Assembly (NCBI RefSeq): GCF_000281045.1
Contig: NW_008246090.1
Location: 488,608 to 531,412, forward strand
Length of the DNA: 42,805 nt
Direction: 5' to 3'
DNA from: Saprolegnia diclina VS20
Lineage: Eukaryota
The notes beneath the pieces are model-generated. The model did no database searches. It saw only the letters and a list, made by a program, of their open reading frames with translations, and was not told the DNA's origin. How positions within the stretch are numbered: the stretch's first letter is position 1; every line of letters begins with the position of its first letter. This document shows positions 9,624 through 21,796 of this stretch, piece after piece. Both the position numbers and the translations under genes were made by a program.

Positions 9624-12600
9624 CGCGTACCTTTGGTGCTAAAGATGCCGTCGTCGTCGCTCGAGTCGTCGTCTTCGAGCCAGTAGGAGAGACTACCTCG
9701 CATGATCTTGGCGATGCGCTCCGTCTCCGAATCCAGCAAAGGCGGCTTAGCGGGACTTCGCCGTAAAGGCTGGACCGAGCGAAACACGGGCGGAATACTT
9801 AGAGGCACGGGTCGGGCCGTGGAGCGACGCGGCGGCTCGCGTGCAACAGCAGTAAGCGCGTCGGTGGGTGCATCGGTCATGACGTTGGGAGTGGTTTCCC
9901 GCGCACTCTGTGTCAACCGCGCAATCTCGGCAGCCAAATCGTCGGATGCACGACGTGCAGGTAGCCTTGGCAGTGGCTCATCGAGACGTTGTACAAGACG
10001 CGAAAGCTGGTCTGCAATCGACAGCGTCGGCGACGTCGGTGCGGACTCGTCTTTGGGTGCTGGCGTCAAGATACCATCGGCGAGGGCTTTTGAAGATGCC
10101 GGAGTTTCCAGCGCGACACCCTTGGTTTCCAATCTGTCCGGCCACGGACTCGGTGGTCGCTTTGGCGACGGCTCTACCTTCGTTGAACCAGTTGTCTCCA
10201 TGTGAACGTGCTCGCTCGATGGCTGCAGTGTGTCAGCAACCACCTGCCGTTGCACTGACGTAGCATCCATCGACGTGGCATCGTGTAGCGCACTGTCACG
10301 CGGAACCGTCGTCGTCTCTTCTACTTCTGTTGTCGTCACACCAGCATCAAGCTGCCCCGTAAGATGAGGCTTCTCCGTTCGATCGAGCGACACGCGTACG
10401 ACATCCATTGTAGGACTGGTACGTTCGACCAGAAGTGGCGGGGAAGGCTTGACGGGGCTCGCGCACGCCGAGCAGCTTGGTGTCGTCAAGGACGTGAGCG
10501 CGGCTAGCTGGAGCTTGATATCTTGCATTGTCTCCAAGACCGTCCTGAGTACATCGTCGTCAACGGCGTGGGACTTTTCGGACGCTGGCCGGCTACCACC
10601 AGACCACAAGCACACGTCCAGATCGGCCACGGGTGATGCGGGCGCGCTCTCGATGGGAGGGGCCAGCAACGCTGCCAACGCTGCGTAGTCATCGTCTTCG
10701 TCCTCAGATGCTGCTGGAGTGCTCGGAACGTCGGCCACGACCGATCCCATGAGTGTGTCACACTCCTCGAGCACGTCGTCTTGACGAGCTTCGAAGGTCG
10801 GCGGCGCAAACAGGCTGAGCGCTGACAAGTCGACGTCATCGCAAGACCCATCCGAGCGATCGACCGGAGCGTCCGATAGCACGGCCGCGCTGTTGTCGTC
10901 CCAGCCACTCTCGTCGACGAGCGCAGCCTCGCCCGTAGCATCAACGGCTTCAATGTCGTCCACCATATCGTCCATACCATTCATGTGCACGTCGAGAGCC
11001 GTCATGTCAAACTCCGACTCCGAGTCGCTCCAATGACCACTGACGACGTGCTCGTTTTCTGCAGTCTCTGAGACCGGAGGCAACCCTCGCGGGGACGTCG
11101 ATGGCGATGGCAGTGGCGATGCAGTTGGTGATGGCTCTGGTGACGCAGCTGGTGACGATTTGGGTGACGCCAGCAACACCCGTGATGGGGATGCAGGCGG
11201 AGATGCTGGCGGTGACGCAGGCGGCGATCGTTGCTGGCACGCTTCATCTGGCGACGTGATCGTGACGTGGTTGAGCCGTTGATCAATGTCGGCGAGATCG
11301 CGCTGTACTTTTTGAAGGAGTTGCCACGAGTCGGTCTCGATGTCGGTAGGCACGGCGGCATTTGACACGGGTACGACGACCGACTCCACACTCTCGAGGA
11401 CCGTCTTTTGAATGCGGAGTTGGAGCTGGCCCTATGTAATGTGGTTTGAATGAGACCCGTACACATAGTGATTGCTCTTCTTACGCGGTACTGTTGCGTG
11501 GCATCGATAATGTGGTACCACCCGCACACTTCAGGTGTCCATTTCAAGAGCGCGAGGTCGACGACGGCTTGACCAAGGCGCCGCGGCGACTCGAACGACG
11601 ACGCATCGTGCAGCCACAGTGCAAACACCAGCGGTGCCTCTCGTTGTCGAACAAAGTTGGCACTGCATGAAAAGTCGAAGGCGAGCGCGGTCGTCACGGG
11701 CACTTGTTTAGTTGTCTACGTCACATACTTATACCCTTCCAACACGCATGCTTGGCTTTATCGTACCTGACGCAGCGAGCCCCACTCCACTTGAACACTT
11801 GCGAGAAACGACGCAGTACCATGGCCTTGCACGTCCAAGTGGCGAGCTTGTAGGATGGATACCTAGACATATCTCGTCAGCACCTGCGGTGGTAGATATA
11901 CACTGTGACGACGTACAACACTGTCGTTATCAACGTGGGTAACGTGGGTTTCGTCCAGCTCCCGAGACTCTGCTTGCACGACCTCCGGCTTGCTGAAGGG
12001 AACCCTGTCGTCGGCGACGACTTCCGGGGTGGGACGGGATGACGGATCTTGGCGCGTCATTCCGACAGCACGGAGCCGGGGTTCCCGCGCTGGTGTCAGC
12101 ACTGTCTGAGGCGTCGTTGTAGGAACTAAGATACGCCCCTTGCCGTGATGGAAAGCAATGTGCACTTGAGCGCGACCGTGGTACACACCATCTAAGTGAC
12201 ATGCCATGCAATGCTAAAACGCGAGGTAGACGCAAGTGTACCTCGAAGGAGTGGGAATACGCCTTTGATGCCTTGCGTCCGAAAGAGAAGTGAGGCCAGC
12301 GGAATTGCGACAGCGCCAAGGTATGTGAGGTCTTTCCCGGATGCGACGTGCCACACGTCGAGGACCACGTCGTCGACCGCCATGCTGTCAAGCAGTGCAG
12401 CATGAATCGTCAAGTGCTCTTGAAACGTGTAGTAGGACGTCGGTGCGAGGAGCGGCGAGAGCTGGCGCGACATCCACTTGCCTCTCTCCGAGTCGAACGC
12501 CACCGAAGTGGCGTCGTCGTCGACGGCATCGCCGACGCAGAGCGCGCACTGTACTTGGACACTGGCCACGGACGCAGAGGCGAGCTGAAAGGAGCCAATG

Positions 12601-15122
12601 CGCACCGTGAGCATCGACGTGGCCGGCAGCAATTTGGACGACGTCGACTTGGTCTCGAGACTGGCGCCGGCACGCGGTTCGGATGCCTCGAGCGAATGTA
12701 CAACGCGCAACGGAAGGGCCGGAACGCGTGCTTGGAAGTGCGTCAAGTCCCATTGGATGGGCACCGCATCGGGGAGCGCCGATGCGTCAAGGACGACGTG
12801 CGCGCGGCCAATGCAACGCAGCACTGACGTCATGCTTGGCTGCCACCACAGCTCCACATCGAGAGCGACGGAGGAGGATCGACCGACGTGCTCGTTCACG
12901 GAGCTCCACGACGCATTCGTGGCATCCCACCACATGGAGCACAGAGCATCGTCGAACGTGTACCGGAGCTCGCAACCAAGACCCGCGGCTGTGCTGCCGC
13001 CGAACGGTTCGCGCAACGAGAGTGTCCATTTGTGGTACATGGGGCTTGTGTCTGGTAGCGAGTTGACGCCAGCTTCGACATCGCAGCTTTTTGCGGGGAA
13101 AGAAACACTGTCGTCGAGACGGAGCTGCGTCTTTGGGTTCAAGAGAGCGATGGCTGCATCAGCATCGTCCAACAAAGACGGCGGCGGCACGGTGTCTTCC
13201 GTAAGCGTCGTGTCTGTGAAAGCAGCAACAGGGTCCTTGGCATTGGGGGCAACGTCATCGAGGCCATCACCCTCGATCGCATCGAGCAGCTCAAGCACGA
13301 CGTCGTTCAAGGCGGACCGCGACTCATTGACGTCGACACTCGATGGAGCTGCGACCACGACATGTTCTTCGTTGTCTGTAGGTGCCACGTCGAGCGCCAG
13401 CTCGAACTTGTCGGCCGAAACGTTGTCTGTGAGCGTGAGGCTTTCCCACGCCCAAGTGTTTGGTGCAGGGTCTGGTACTCGTTGTCGCCAAGCACGCAGT
13501 GCTCGTTGGAGCACACGGGCAGCCGTCTCCTTGTCGGCCAGCGACAGTGGTGGCCGCCGTGGCTTGTGTTGTTTGCGGACTCGCCACCCACGGTAGAGCG
13601 ATTGAAGTCGCACGGCACATCGAAATCGTGCAAGCCATGCGTCAATCTAGTCGAAATTTCGTGTTTAGGTGTAGGCGTTTCATCGGAACATACCTGCAAG
13701 GACGAGCCCACAGCAAGTTGACATGTCACGTGACCAACAGTGGCAACATCAAAGAGGTTGACGATCGGGGCGTTTCCGTCAAAGACGACATCCAACACCG
13801 ATCCCGCGTCGCATCTACAAAAGTACTGAGAGCTCCATGCTGTCGACGCGATGCATACTCCAAGGAGTCTTCGACGCCAAGCAAAGGGAGCTTGACAAGC
13901 CCCATAAGTGTGCTTGCTTGTGCTTGCTGCCACACTTCGAGCACCTGCGTGAGAATCAGGCCTTGAACAGCAAAGGAATGTGTACCACTGCTTTGGTGCG
14001 CACATCGGCGACATGCACTTCGTCCATAGATCCTCGGGCGCAAAAAGCGACGTTGCGGCGATGCACTCTTGGGCCTCGAACTCGCTTTTGGACGCTTGTG
14101 ACAACTGGCGACCAAGGCATCTTGACCGAGAGATGTAGGTTCATGCAACCATGCGAGACGACGAGGCCGTCCACGTAGGACACGTACAGTGCACACTCGA
14201 GGTCCAATCGCATCACGGGCTCGGGTGTGGCAGGTACAGGTAGCGGTGCAATGGCTGGTCGGCGTGGCGAGGCCGACGCTCGAAGAGCAAAAGTGTCGTC
14301 GTTGGTGTACTGGTCGACAAGGCTGCGCCACGAGTAGCTCGGAGCGTCGTTGGGACCGAGACTCTTGGCGGTCGCGAGCACTGTGGCCACATCATGGTGC
14401 GTCAAAGTGCTTGTTTCCATCGGCGCGTTGATGGCTTGCTGCATCGCCTTCTTGAGCGCCTCGCCCTTCTTGACGAGCGCGTCGAGGCGAGACGTGACGG
14501 GCGACGGCTCTCGTCGCGCGGCCTCGTGGCCGTATTTGTCCTTCTCATACACATGCTCGTACGTGTCCGAGTTGTCGGTCGACGGCGTTCTCGAGCTGCT
14601 GTCGCGCACCGGAACCAGTCGCGGTGGCAACACGAGGTCGCGGTTCCTGCGCACGGTGACCGTTGATGGCATTGGGATCGGCGTGTCGTCGTCGCCCCAC
14701 AACAGCGTTGCTGAGAGCTGCAATACGCCTCGCACTTGGAACGTCGACTTGCGTACGATGGGGGCTTCCTTCTCGAGACCGGGCGTCTCCATCTCGACGA
14801 GGCTCAAGCTGACCTCGGCGCGCCCGACGACCTGATGCGTCGCCTTGTCGACGACGTCCAGCCGCAGCGGTCCCATGTCGGAGAGGTACTTGGCGAAGCG
14901 GTCGCGGGAGACATGGACGGGGAACGCCAGCGTCTGCCCCTCGCGGAGCAGGTCACCCTTCTCGTGCTTGGTCATGGCGCCCCACCATCGCACGCGGACG
15001 AGCCATGGTCCATCGGCGCGGACCTTGATCCGGACCTTGACGTAGCCCATGACGGGTCCATCTACATGGGGCGGAAGAGACCCGAGGGCGACGACCGGCC
15101 GCTCGTCCATCCTCTCGTCCAT
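9620..15122 (-). CDS. C2CD3: C2CD3-like centriolar distal-end protein (multiple C2 domains)
   Basis: N-terminal LPPHVDG...VRVRWWG...YLSDMGPLRLDV matches the C2CD3 N-terminal C2 signature as I recall it. Internal C2 motifs: VLEVWQ...MGLVKLPL, VLDVWH...IPLASLLFRTQGIKGVFPL, VCGWYHIID. C-terminal ETERIAKIM motif. Joins ORFs 13956-15122, 13726-14331 (part), 12192-13613, 11002-11703 (part) and 9620-11389 through short introns. Confidence 0.8.
11183..11228 (-). repeat. Coding 12-nt degenerate tandem repeat encoding SPPASPPASPPASPS
   Basis: The plus strand reads GATGCAGGCGGA GATGCTGGCGGT GACGCAGGCGGC, inside the Ser/Pro-rich last exon of the C2CD3-like gene. Confidence 0.7.
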
Positions 15123-15438
15123 GCGATCTTCCTCTTCCTCGACTTCTTTCGCGCGTCTGGGTCCCGGGTCGGTGCAATTTTATTCCAAAAGCAACGATCT
15201 CAACAACATATAATTGCCATATTTTATGTTTGCTACCAAAATACAGATCACGACGCAGATAGCCTGTATATTAATATACGAGGCACAGAAATGACCGGAT
15301 TTTCAATGCAAATACCGGGAAAAAGCCAATATCCGGTATTATCAACGTCGGATAATAATCAAGTGGCATCCGGCGTGGCGCTGTGGACGCAGTCCGCAAA
15401 TTCCGACGAGCCAAGCGAGCACCAGCGCGCCAAGGAGC

Positions 15439-16206
15439 ATGGCCCGGCGATCGATGAGCCCCGACGAAGAGTTTGTACCCGAGCGCTTGCGCCCCTACAT
15501 GCACCACTCGCATGAAGATTTCTGGGTCTCGCGCTGCTTCCAGCCACTCTACCTCGCGCTCATCATGTACGAAGGCTTCCTCCCGATCGCGACGCAGCAA
15601 GCGCGGACCGTGTACTTGCTGCCAAAGCTCCACATGGAGCGCTGCATCCTCGATCCTGCCACGTTCCACATTTCGAAAAGCGTGCGCAAGAAGGCCAAGG
15701 AGTACACGCTCAAGTTCAACACGGCATTTGACGCGGTTGTGCACGGCTGCCACGAGCAGCACGGCGTCGCGTGGCTGTACCCGGAGGTCGTCCAAGGCTT
15801 TCGCGGCTTGCTGCCCGGCGTCACCGTCTCGGACCAAGGCCATCAAGTCCGATTACACAGCGTCGAGCTCTGGCGAGGCGACGTGCTCGTCGCGGGCGAG
15901 CTCGGGTACACCAACGGCGCCATGTACACGAGCCTCACGGGCTTTGTTCAACCGGGTGCGAGTGGCGCCGGCACGATGCAGCTACAAGCGCTCGGGAGCT
16001 ACCTCCACGTGCACGGCTTCCTGGTCTGGGACCTTGGCATGTCGATGGAGTACAAGCTTCACATGGGCGCCATCGACGTCCCGCGGCCAACCTTTGTCGC
16101 AATGGTTCGCGAACTTCGGTCCGCTCAAGTGGCCATGCCTGGACACGATGTGAATGCACGCACCATCATGGACGCGCATATAGCGACAACAGACCGACAA
16201 CATTGA
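15439..16206 (+). CDS. Leucyl/phenylalanyl-tRNA-protein transferase family (Aat/ATEL1-type) aminoacyltransferase
   Basis: Intronless 255-aa ORF with LLPKLH.ERCIL, HISKSVRK, NTAFDAVVHGC, HSVELW..LVAGELGY..GAMYTSLTGF, GAGTMQL, WDLGMSMEYK. Confidence 0.88.
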   Translation: MARRSMSPDEEFVPERLRPYMHHSHEDFWVSRCFQPLYLALIMYEGFLPIATQQARTVYLLPKLHMERCILDPATFHISKSVRKKAKEYTLKFNTAFDAVVHGCHEQHGVAWLYPEVVQGFRGLLPGVTVSDQGHQVRLHSVELWRGDVLVAGELGYTNGAMYTSLTGFVQPGASGAGTMQLQALGSYLHVHGFLVWDLGMSMEYKLHMGAIDVPRPTFVAMVRELRSAQVAMPGHDVNARTIMDAHIATTDRQH

Positions 16207-16256
16207 ATGGAATGTACTACATATCCGACGTTGATTGCTTGGACTACAGCGGCCAG

Positions 16257-16507
16257 CTATTCGAATACGTACACGCCATCGAATTCATATATGGCATCGA
16301 TCATTGCAAAGGACGTTGCCAAGAGCTGCTTCAAGAACAGCGCTCCGACGAGCGGATGATAGGACCTGTGTCACCACACCGCTCGGTCGCTGGCTCCGAG
16401 ACAGACCAATACCTTGCACAAGCATCTCTCTCCGTGGCGTCGACGACGTCGCTGCTGCAATAGCTTTCGGCGTACGTGGCAGGCGGCGGCCGCGTCCCAG
16501 GCAACAT
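16257..16507 (-). CDS. Possible small two-exon hypothetical gene
   Basis: A 47-bp GT..CAG intron (16366-16412) joins MLPGTRPPPATYAESYCSSDVVDATERDACAR to SYHPLVGALFLKQLLATSFAMIDAIYEFDGVYVFE*. No recognisable family; the 5' end is uncertain. Confidence 0.3.
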
Positions 16508-16712
16508 TGCAGTTCGGAGCAGGATCGGCCGACCATCTTGCCGAGTAGCCACTGTTGCAACTTGGTGTTTGTATACACACCTGGTGCCGGTATAAATCCC
16601 GCGGTCGTATCCGGATGACGCTCTGCCAAAGAACGCATTGTTTGTATGGGCGTGCCAGTCATCCGGATAGCGCCCTGGCGTACCTACTGTTGCATTTGAG
16701 CTAACCCCCAGG

Positions 16713-18901
16713 ATGATGGATGCGACGACGCCGACCAAGCTGGTCGACGCAAGCAGCAGCAGGACGGCTAATGGCGCCAACGACAGCCTCATGGGCTCCT
16801 TCAACAGCGGCCAGTGGTCGGCGCTGCTGGCCTCGGTCGTCGTGACCGAAGACCGCGTCCGCGCCGGCGACCTCAAGGACGAGCATGCCAAGAAGAAGCT
16901 GCCATCGGTCATCTACGAGACGCCGACGCGTGGCATCAGCAACGCCCGGCGCGAAATCTCGCACGCGTCGCTCGGGCGTCTCGTGGCCAAGCTCACGGAT
17001 GCACATCATTACGACACGGAGTTCCGCGACGGCTTTCTCCTCACGTACCGGTGCCACTCGACCGCATATGAGTTTGTCAAGAAGCTCATCAAGCGCTACA
17101 AGGCCGCGATGAAGCTCATGAACCCGTCGTCGATCGAGTGCGACCCAACCAACGCCGAAGAAGAACGGTTCTCGATTCCGTCGAGCGAGGCCATTGACGT
17201 CAACACGCAGGCCGAAGCCAACATCTCGATCATGCGCGCCATGAGCGTGCTCAAATTTTGGATCCGCGAGTCGGGCTACATTGAGGCCGACCTCACCGAC
17301 GACCGCAAGGCGCAGGTAAACTCCGATCGGAGTTCCGCCTCATATATCTTGGTTTGTAGAAAAAATTGTTTTTGTTTCTCGAAGAGATACGAAAGACGTC
17401 GCCGATTCCATCGATCGTCCGCCACGCCGAGACGATGCTTGTACGTCCCATTTGCATGCAATCTCAATCTCAATCTCATGTCCTAGCACGTCGTTGGCAA
17501 GATTTTGAAAGCGTCAACCTTGTTGCGACAGCAGCTCAAGCACCACGAGACGTCGCAGGTCGGATCTCGGCCCTACGACATGCCGTCCCCCTTGGACCTC
17601 GGCAACGAAGACGACAGCGTGCCCGTCGCCGTTGACGCGCTCTCGCGGTCGGCCCCGGCGCCCGCCTCGACCTCGGGCGCGCCAAAGCTCACGCGCAGCT
17701 CGTCCGACTCGACGAAAGAGCCTTCGACCAAGGTGCCCACCCTGGCACGAGGCATGACGACCGGCAGCTCGCAGTATGGCGTGGACGCGGCCTTGCTGCT
17801 CTCGAGCGTCAGCAGCCACAGCAGTTCGTTTGGGCCCCTCACGCGGTCGCAGTCGGATAGCACAAAAGAGAAGGGCAAGTATGTAAGCGTCTCGCGGTCC
17901 GAGCCGCTGAGTGGCATATCGGCGCAAGAAGCCGCAGAGCAGCTCACGCTCCTCGAGGAATACCGGTACCTCAAGATCCAGCCGCGCGAGCTCACAAATA
18001 AGAACTGGACGAGCGCCAACAAGCACATGGACGCGCCCAATGTCCTGGCGTTGATCGAGCTCTTTGATGCGGTATACCTCGGACGATGCGTGCGTGGACA
18101 TGACACGCTTGCGTAGCGCGCCGGGTGGGTCTCGAGCGAGATTTTGCATCCCAAGCTCCAAGCCAAGCAGCGCGCCAAGATGATTGCGTACTTTATCGAT
18201 GTCGCTGAGGCGTGCCACCACCTGCACAACTTCAACACGCTCTTTGAAGTCGTGACAGGTCTTAAAGCCCCGTGCATCCAGCAGCTCAAGACGACGTGGG
18301 ACCTCCTCACTCAAGCGCAAAACGACCGGTTCGAATGCCTCAAGAACATTTGCGCCCAAGACAACAACTATGCCACGTACCGCCAGGTACGTCCTCTTGG
18401 CCGCCCTAGGACTCGACTTGATATATTGATATTTCCTAGGCGTTTGCGCTGGCCGAAGGACAGCCGCGCCTGCCTGCGTTTTTCCTTGTCACCAAAGACA
18501 TTTTCGGCTACGAGGAGTCGATGCCGACGATCGAGCACGGACTCGTGTGCTTTCAAAAGTTCCGCAAGGTCTCTGGCGCGCCATACCGACGTGCTCACGT
18601 GACCGTCGACTAGATCCACCGCGCGATCGTCGATGCCCTTAGTTGTCAAAACGTGCGGTACACGTCGACGACGACGGTCGGCCGCCGGCGCAAGGCGCTC
18701 GTGCCCGAGAAGAACCAGCAAATGATGCTACGCCATCGACTGGAGACGTACGGTCGTGCTACTTAGATCACTGTGCTCATAATCCCGTAATTCCGTAGCA
18801 TTCGCAAGCCCAGCGCCGAGCTCTTTCGGCTCGCCAAGAACGCCAACCGCCAAGAAAATGTCCTGTTTGTCAACAGCCTCGCGGACGCTGGCTTTATGTA
18901 A
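16713..18901 (+). CDS. Ras guanine-nucleotide exchange factor (REM + CDC25 domain)
   Basis: REM: ASLGRLVAKLT...FRDGFLLTYR, VLKFWI. CDC25: AEQLTLLE...IQPREL, APNV, WVSSEIL, RAKMIAYFIDVA, LHNFNTLFEVVTGL...QLKTTW, NNYATYR. Several short introns (e.g. 17316-17359); last exon ends ...SLADAGFM*. Confidence 0.92.
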
Positions 18902-18951
18902 CCGACTCAAAAAGTACTACCGTTTTCCAAAATTTGAATGTACAACATTGT

Positions 18952-20947
18952 CTACTGGAGCTTCTGGAACGGCACAAACTTGACCTTGGCCTTGGCGTTG
19001 CGGATAGGTCCATAGGTTGAGTGGCCAAACTTGGCGTGCGCCAGCGTGCGCTGCTCGCTCGGGACGTTGAGGTAGTCGAGGATGTTCGTCGCCGTCGTCG
19101 GAATCACGGGCAGCAACAGAAGCGCTAGTCGTTACAACATAAAATTGGCGCCAAACACGATGGCAGGTTGCATACCACTGATGCGCGCCGCCTCCATGGA
19201 AATGAGCATCGTGTTGTCCACAAAGCGCTGCTTGGCGGCGACGTCGTCGGTCGTCAAGCCACTCGGGTCCTTGAGCTCCTTGGCCACGACCCACGGCTCA
19301 TTGTTGGAAAAGTTACTAGAGCAGTATGAGGAATCACGAGGTAGGACATTGCTACGTACCGGTTGATGTCGTGAAGGAAGAAGATGACGGACCGAATCGC
19401 CATCGAAAACTAAGTCTCTGTCGTTAGCATCACGCGAGGCAGAAGGAGCGTACATCGGGCTTTTCGTAGTAGGCTTGCGTCGTCTCGACCATAGCGTCCA
19501 GCGCTGCAATGAGCTCCAAGTCGCTTACTGAGTAGTCACCACCCGTCGGCACGATGCCATCGGGCACGAACGCAAGCGTCGTGCTGCGAATCACTACAAG
19601 AATGACAAAGTTGTAGGATATGTTGAGCAATACGCGGATACCGAGGTTGCCAAGGGTATCAGCAATTTCGCTGTTGACTCGGTTCTTCAAGAGCTCCTCG
19701 TTGAAGTCGCCGTCGTCGGTCAAGACGCCTTCTCGCAGCAAGAAGTACCGAACAGCGTCGACGCCAAACTAGGTACGTTGTTCGCATGTCACGAATGAAC
19801 AAGGAAAGCGTACGGAGTCGATGATGGCGTTGGGCTCAACCACGTTGCCAAGGCTCTTGGACATTTTGACATTGTCGACCGTCCAGTGCGCATGAGCTAC
19901 AATGCGCTTGGGCAGCGCCAGATTGGCGGCGAGCAAGAACGCCGGCCAGTAAATCGCATGGAACTTCAGAATGTCCTTGCCCACAATGTGATAACTCGCG
20001 GGCCAGTTCTAGTCATGTGGGATGGCTGGCGCATTCAGAAGGACGACATGTGTACCTCGGCGAGCTTTGCCGAGTCGGGATACCCCGCACACGTCAAGTA
20101 GTTGCTCAGGGCGTCCAGCCAGACGTACACCGAGTGGTTCTCGTCGTCTACATCGGATCACATTCGAGTTGCAATGACAGAGGACTAGCGTACGTGGCAC
20201 GGGAATGGCCCACTGAATCTTCTCGCGGAGGCGCGAGACCGACACATCGTGGAGGCCGCCCGCCACCATCGAGCGGACCTCGTTGAAGCGGGACTTTGGC
20301 TGGACAACGTCCGGGTTGGCGTCGAGCCACGCGAGGAGCGCGTCTTGGTACGCCGAGAGACGAAATTTGTAGTTTTCTTCTTTCACAAGCTCGACGGGGT
20401 GGCCGCTCTCCTTGGAGACCATCTGGCCGTCGGCTCTCGCCTCGACTTGCATCTCGGTCAAGAACGACTCGTCCGAGACGCAATACCACGCTTCGTGCTG
20501 GCCGAGGTAGATGGCATCGTTGGCCAAAAGCGTCTTCCAAAGGCCTTGGACGGTCGCCTTGTGCTCCGGCTCGGTCGTGCGCACAAAGCGGTCGTAGGCC
20601 ACATTGCCCCGCGCACACATGGTCTGGAACGTCGTCGCGACGTCGTCGCAAAACACATTGGTGGGCTTGCCTGCGCGCTCGGCCGCCTGCTGCACCTTGA
20701 GCCCATGCTCGTCCGTGCCCGTCGAGAAGAGCGTCTGGTGGCCCGCGAGTTGGAACCAGCGCGAGAGCGCATCGGCCATGACCGTCGAGTGGAGGTGGCC
20801 GAGGTGCGGCGCTGCGTTGACGTAGTAGATGGGCGTCGTGATCGTCTTGGTCGTTGCCAAGCGCGATTGCAGATAGCGAGGTCGCGCTTGCACATTGCCA
20901 GGTACTCGGACCAAGGACGCGGTTGCCGCGAAGGACCGGCGCCACAT
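18952..20947 (-). CDS. MARS2: Methionyl-tRNA synthetase, mitochondrial/bacterial type
   Basis: Arg-rich presequence MWRRSFAAT..., [16 protein letters not shown] (HIGH motif), [42 protein letters not shown]. Multi-intron; last exon ends ...VPFQKLQ*. Confidence 0.95.
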
Positions 20948-21137
20948 TCTTCTGCTTGCTGGGTCGAAACTGCGAGTGCTACGTCTTCGAACTTCGGCGC
21001 GCACGCGAATCGATGATTGGGTGAAATCGATGCATTATTATACAATCTCTCAATTTGATTCGTACAAAAGAAGCTCGGGGGCACGGTTTTGGCCAATGGC
21101 CTTTGAGAACGGGCGGATCCAGCAATTCGACAGCACC

Positions 21138-21728
21138 ATGTCGGCTATCTCGTCGTCGGACGGCGCCGTGAGCGGCGGCGACAGCGACGTGGACTCGGGC
21201 TACTCCAAGAGTATTGACTTCGCTGAGACCGGCTCGGACACGGCGCCAAGCACGCCCAAGACTGACGATGTCTCCGAGGCCGGCACGTCGTCGGACGACG
21301 AGCCACTCAGTGTCTTTCGCGAAGGCGTCCGGAAGCGCAAGACGGCCCGACACGGCGACTACCGGTATACCGAGGTCGTCGAGAGCGAGTCCGAGGGCGA
21401 GCCGGCGCGCCACGAGACCTTGCGAGACTACTCGTACGAAGGCGAGCTCGAGATGCTCCATGTGCCCCGTATGGCGTACCCGTTCCCGTCGTACCTCCGC
21501 CAGATTGCGACCGAGATCACGTCGACGCCCTCTGCTGCGAGCCAGCACCCGTTGCTGTCGTCACCGTCGTCCTTTATCGCGTGCCAAAACCTGCCATTGT
21601 ACCTCCACCGGCGTCTTCCCAATACACATGCACCAACCGCACGCAAGCGCGCCCGGTCGCTGAGTTACGAAAGCGACATCGATGGTCTTAGCGACGCGTC
21701 GATGCTCAGCAGCCACAGCGACGACTAG
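21138..21728 (+). CDS. Hypothetical acidic/Ser-rich protein with basic NLS-like patches
   Basis: Open frame with typical GC3 bias, divergent from MetRS. Contains RKRKTAR and RKRAR; no known domain recognised. Alternative start at 21096. Confidence 0.6.
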   Translation: MSAISSSDGAVSGGDSDVDSGYSKSIDFAETGSDTAPSTPKTDDVSEAGTSSDDEPLSVFREGVRKRKTARHGDYRYTEVVESESEGEPARHETLRDYSYEGELEMLHVPRMAYPFPSYLRQIATEITSTPSAASQHPLLSSPSSFIACQNLPLYLHRRLPNTHAPTARKRARSLSYESDIDGLSDASMLSSHSDD

Positions 21729-21796
21729 TCGGCTCCTCATTGTCGACAAAACCCGACCACAACAACAACAAAATGGCAACGTGTTCGCTCCGTAGC

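Noticed and set aside
15099..15122. Duplicated ATGGACGAG(A/C)GG giving MDERMDER at the C2CD3 start
   Set aside because: A 12-nt micro-duplication that only makes the start codon ambiguous; no evidence of function.
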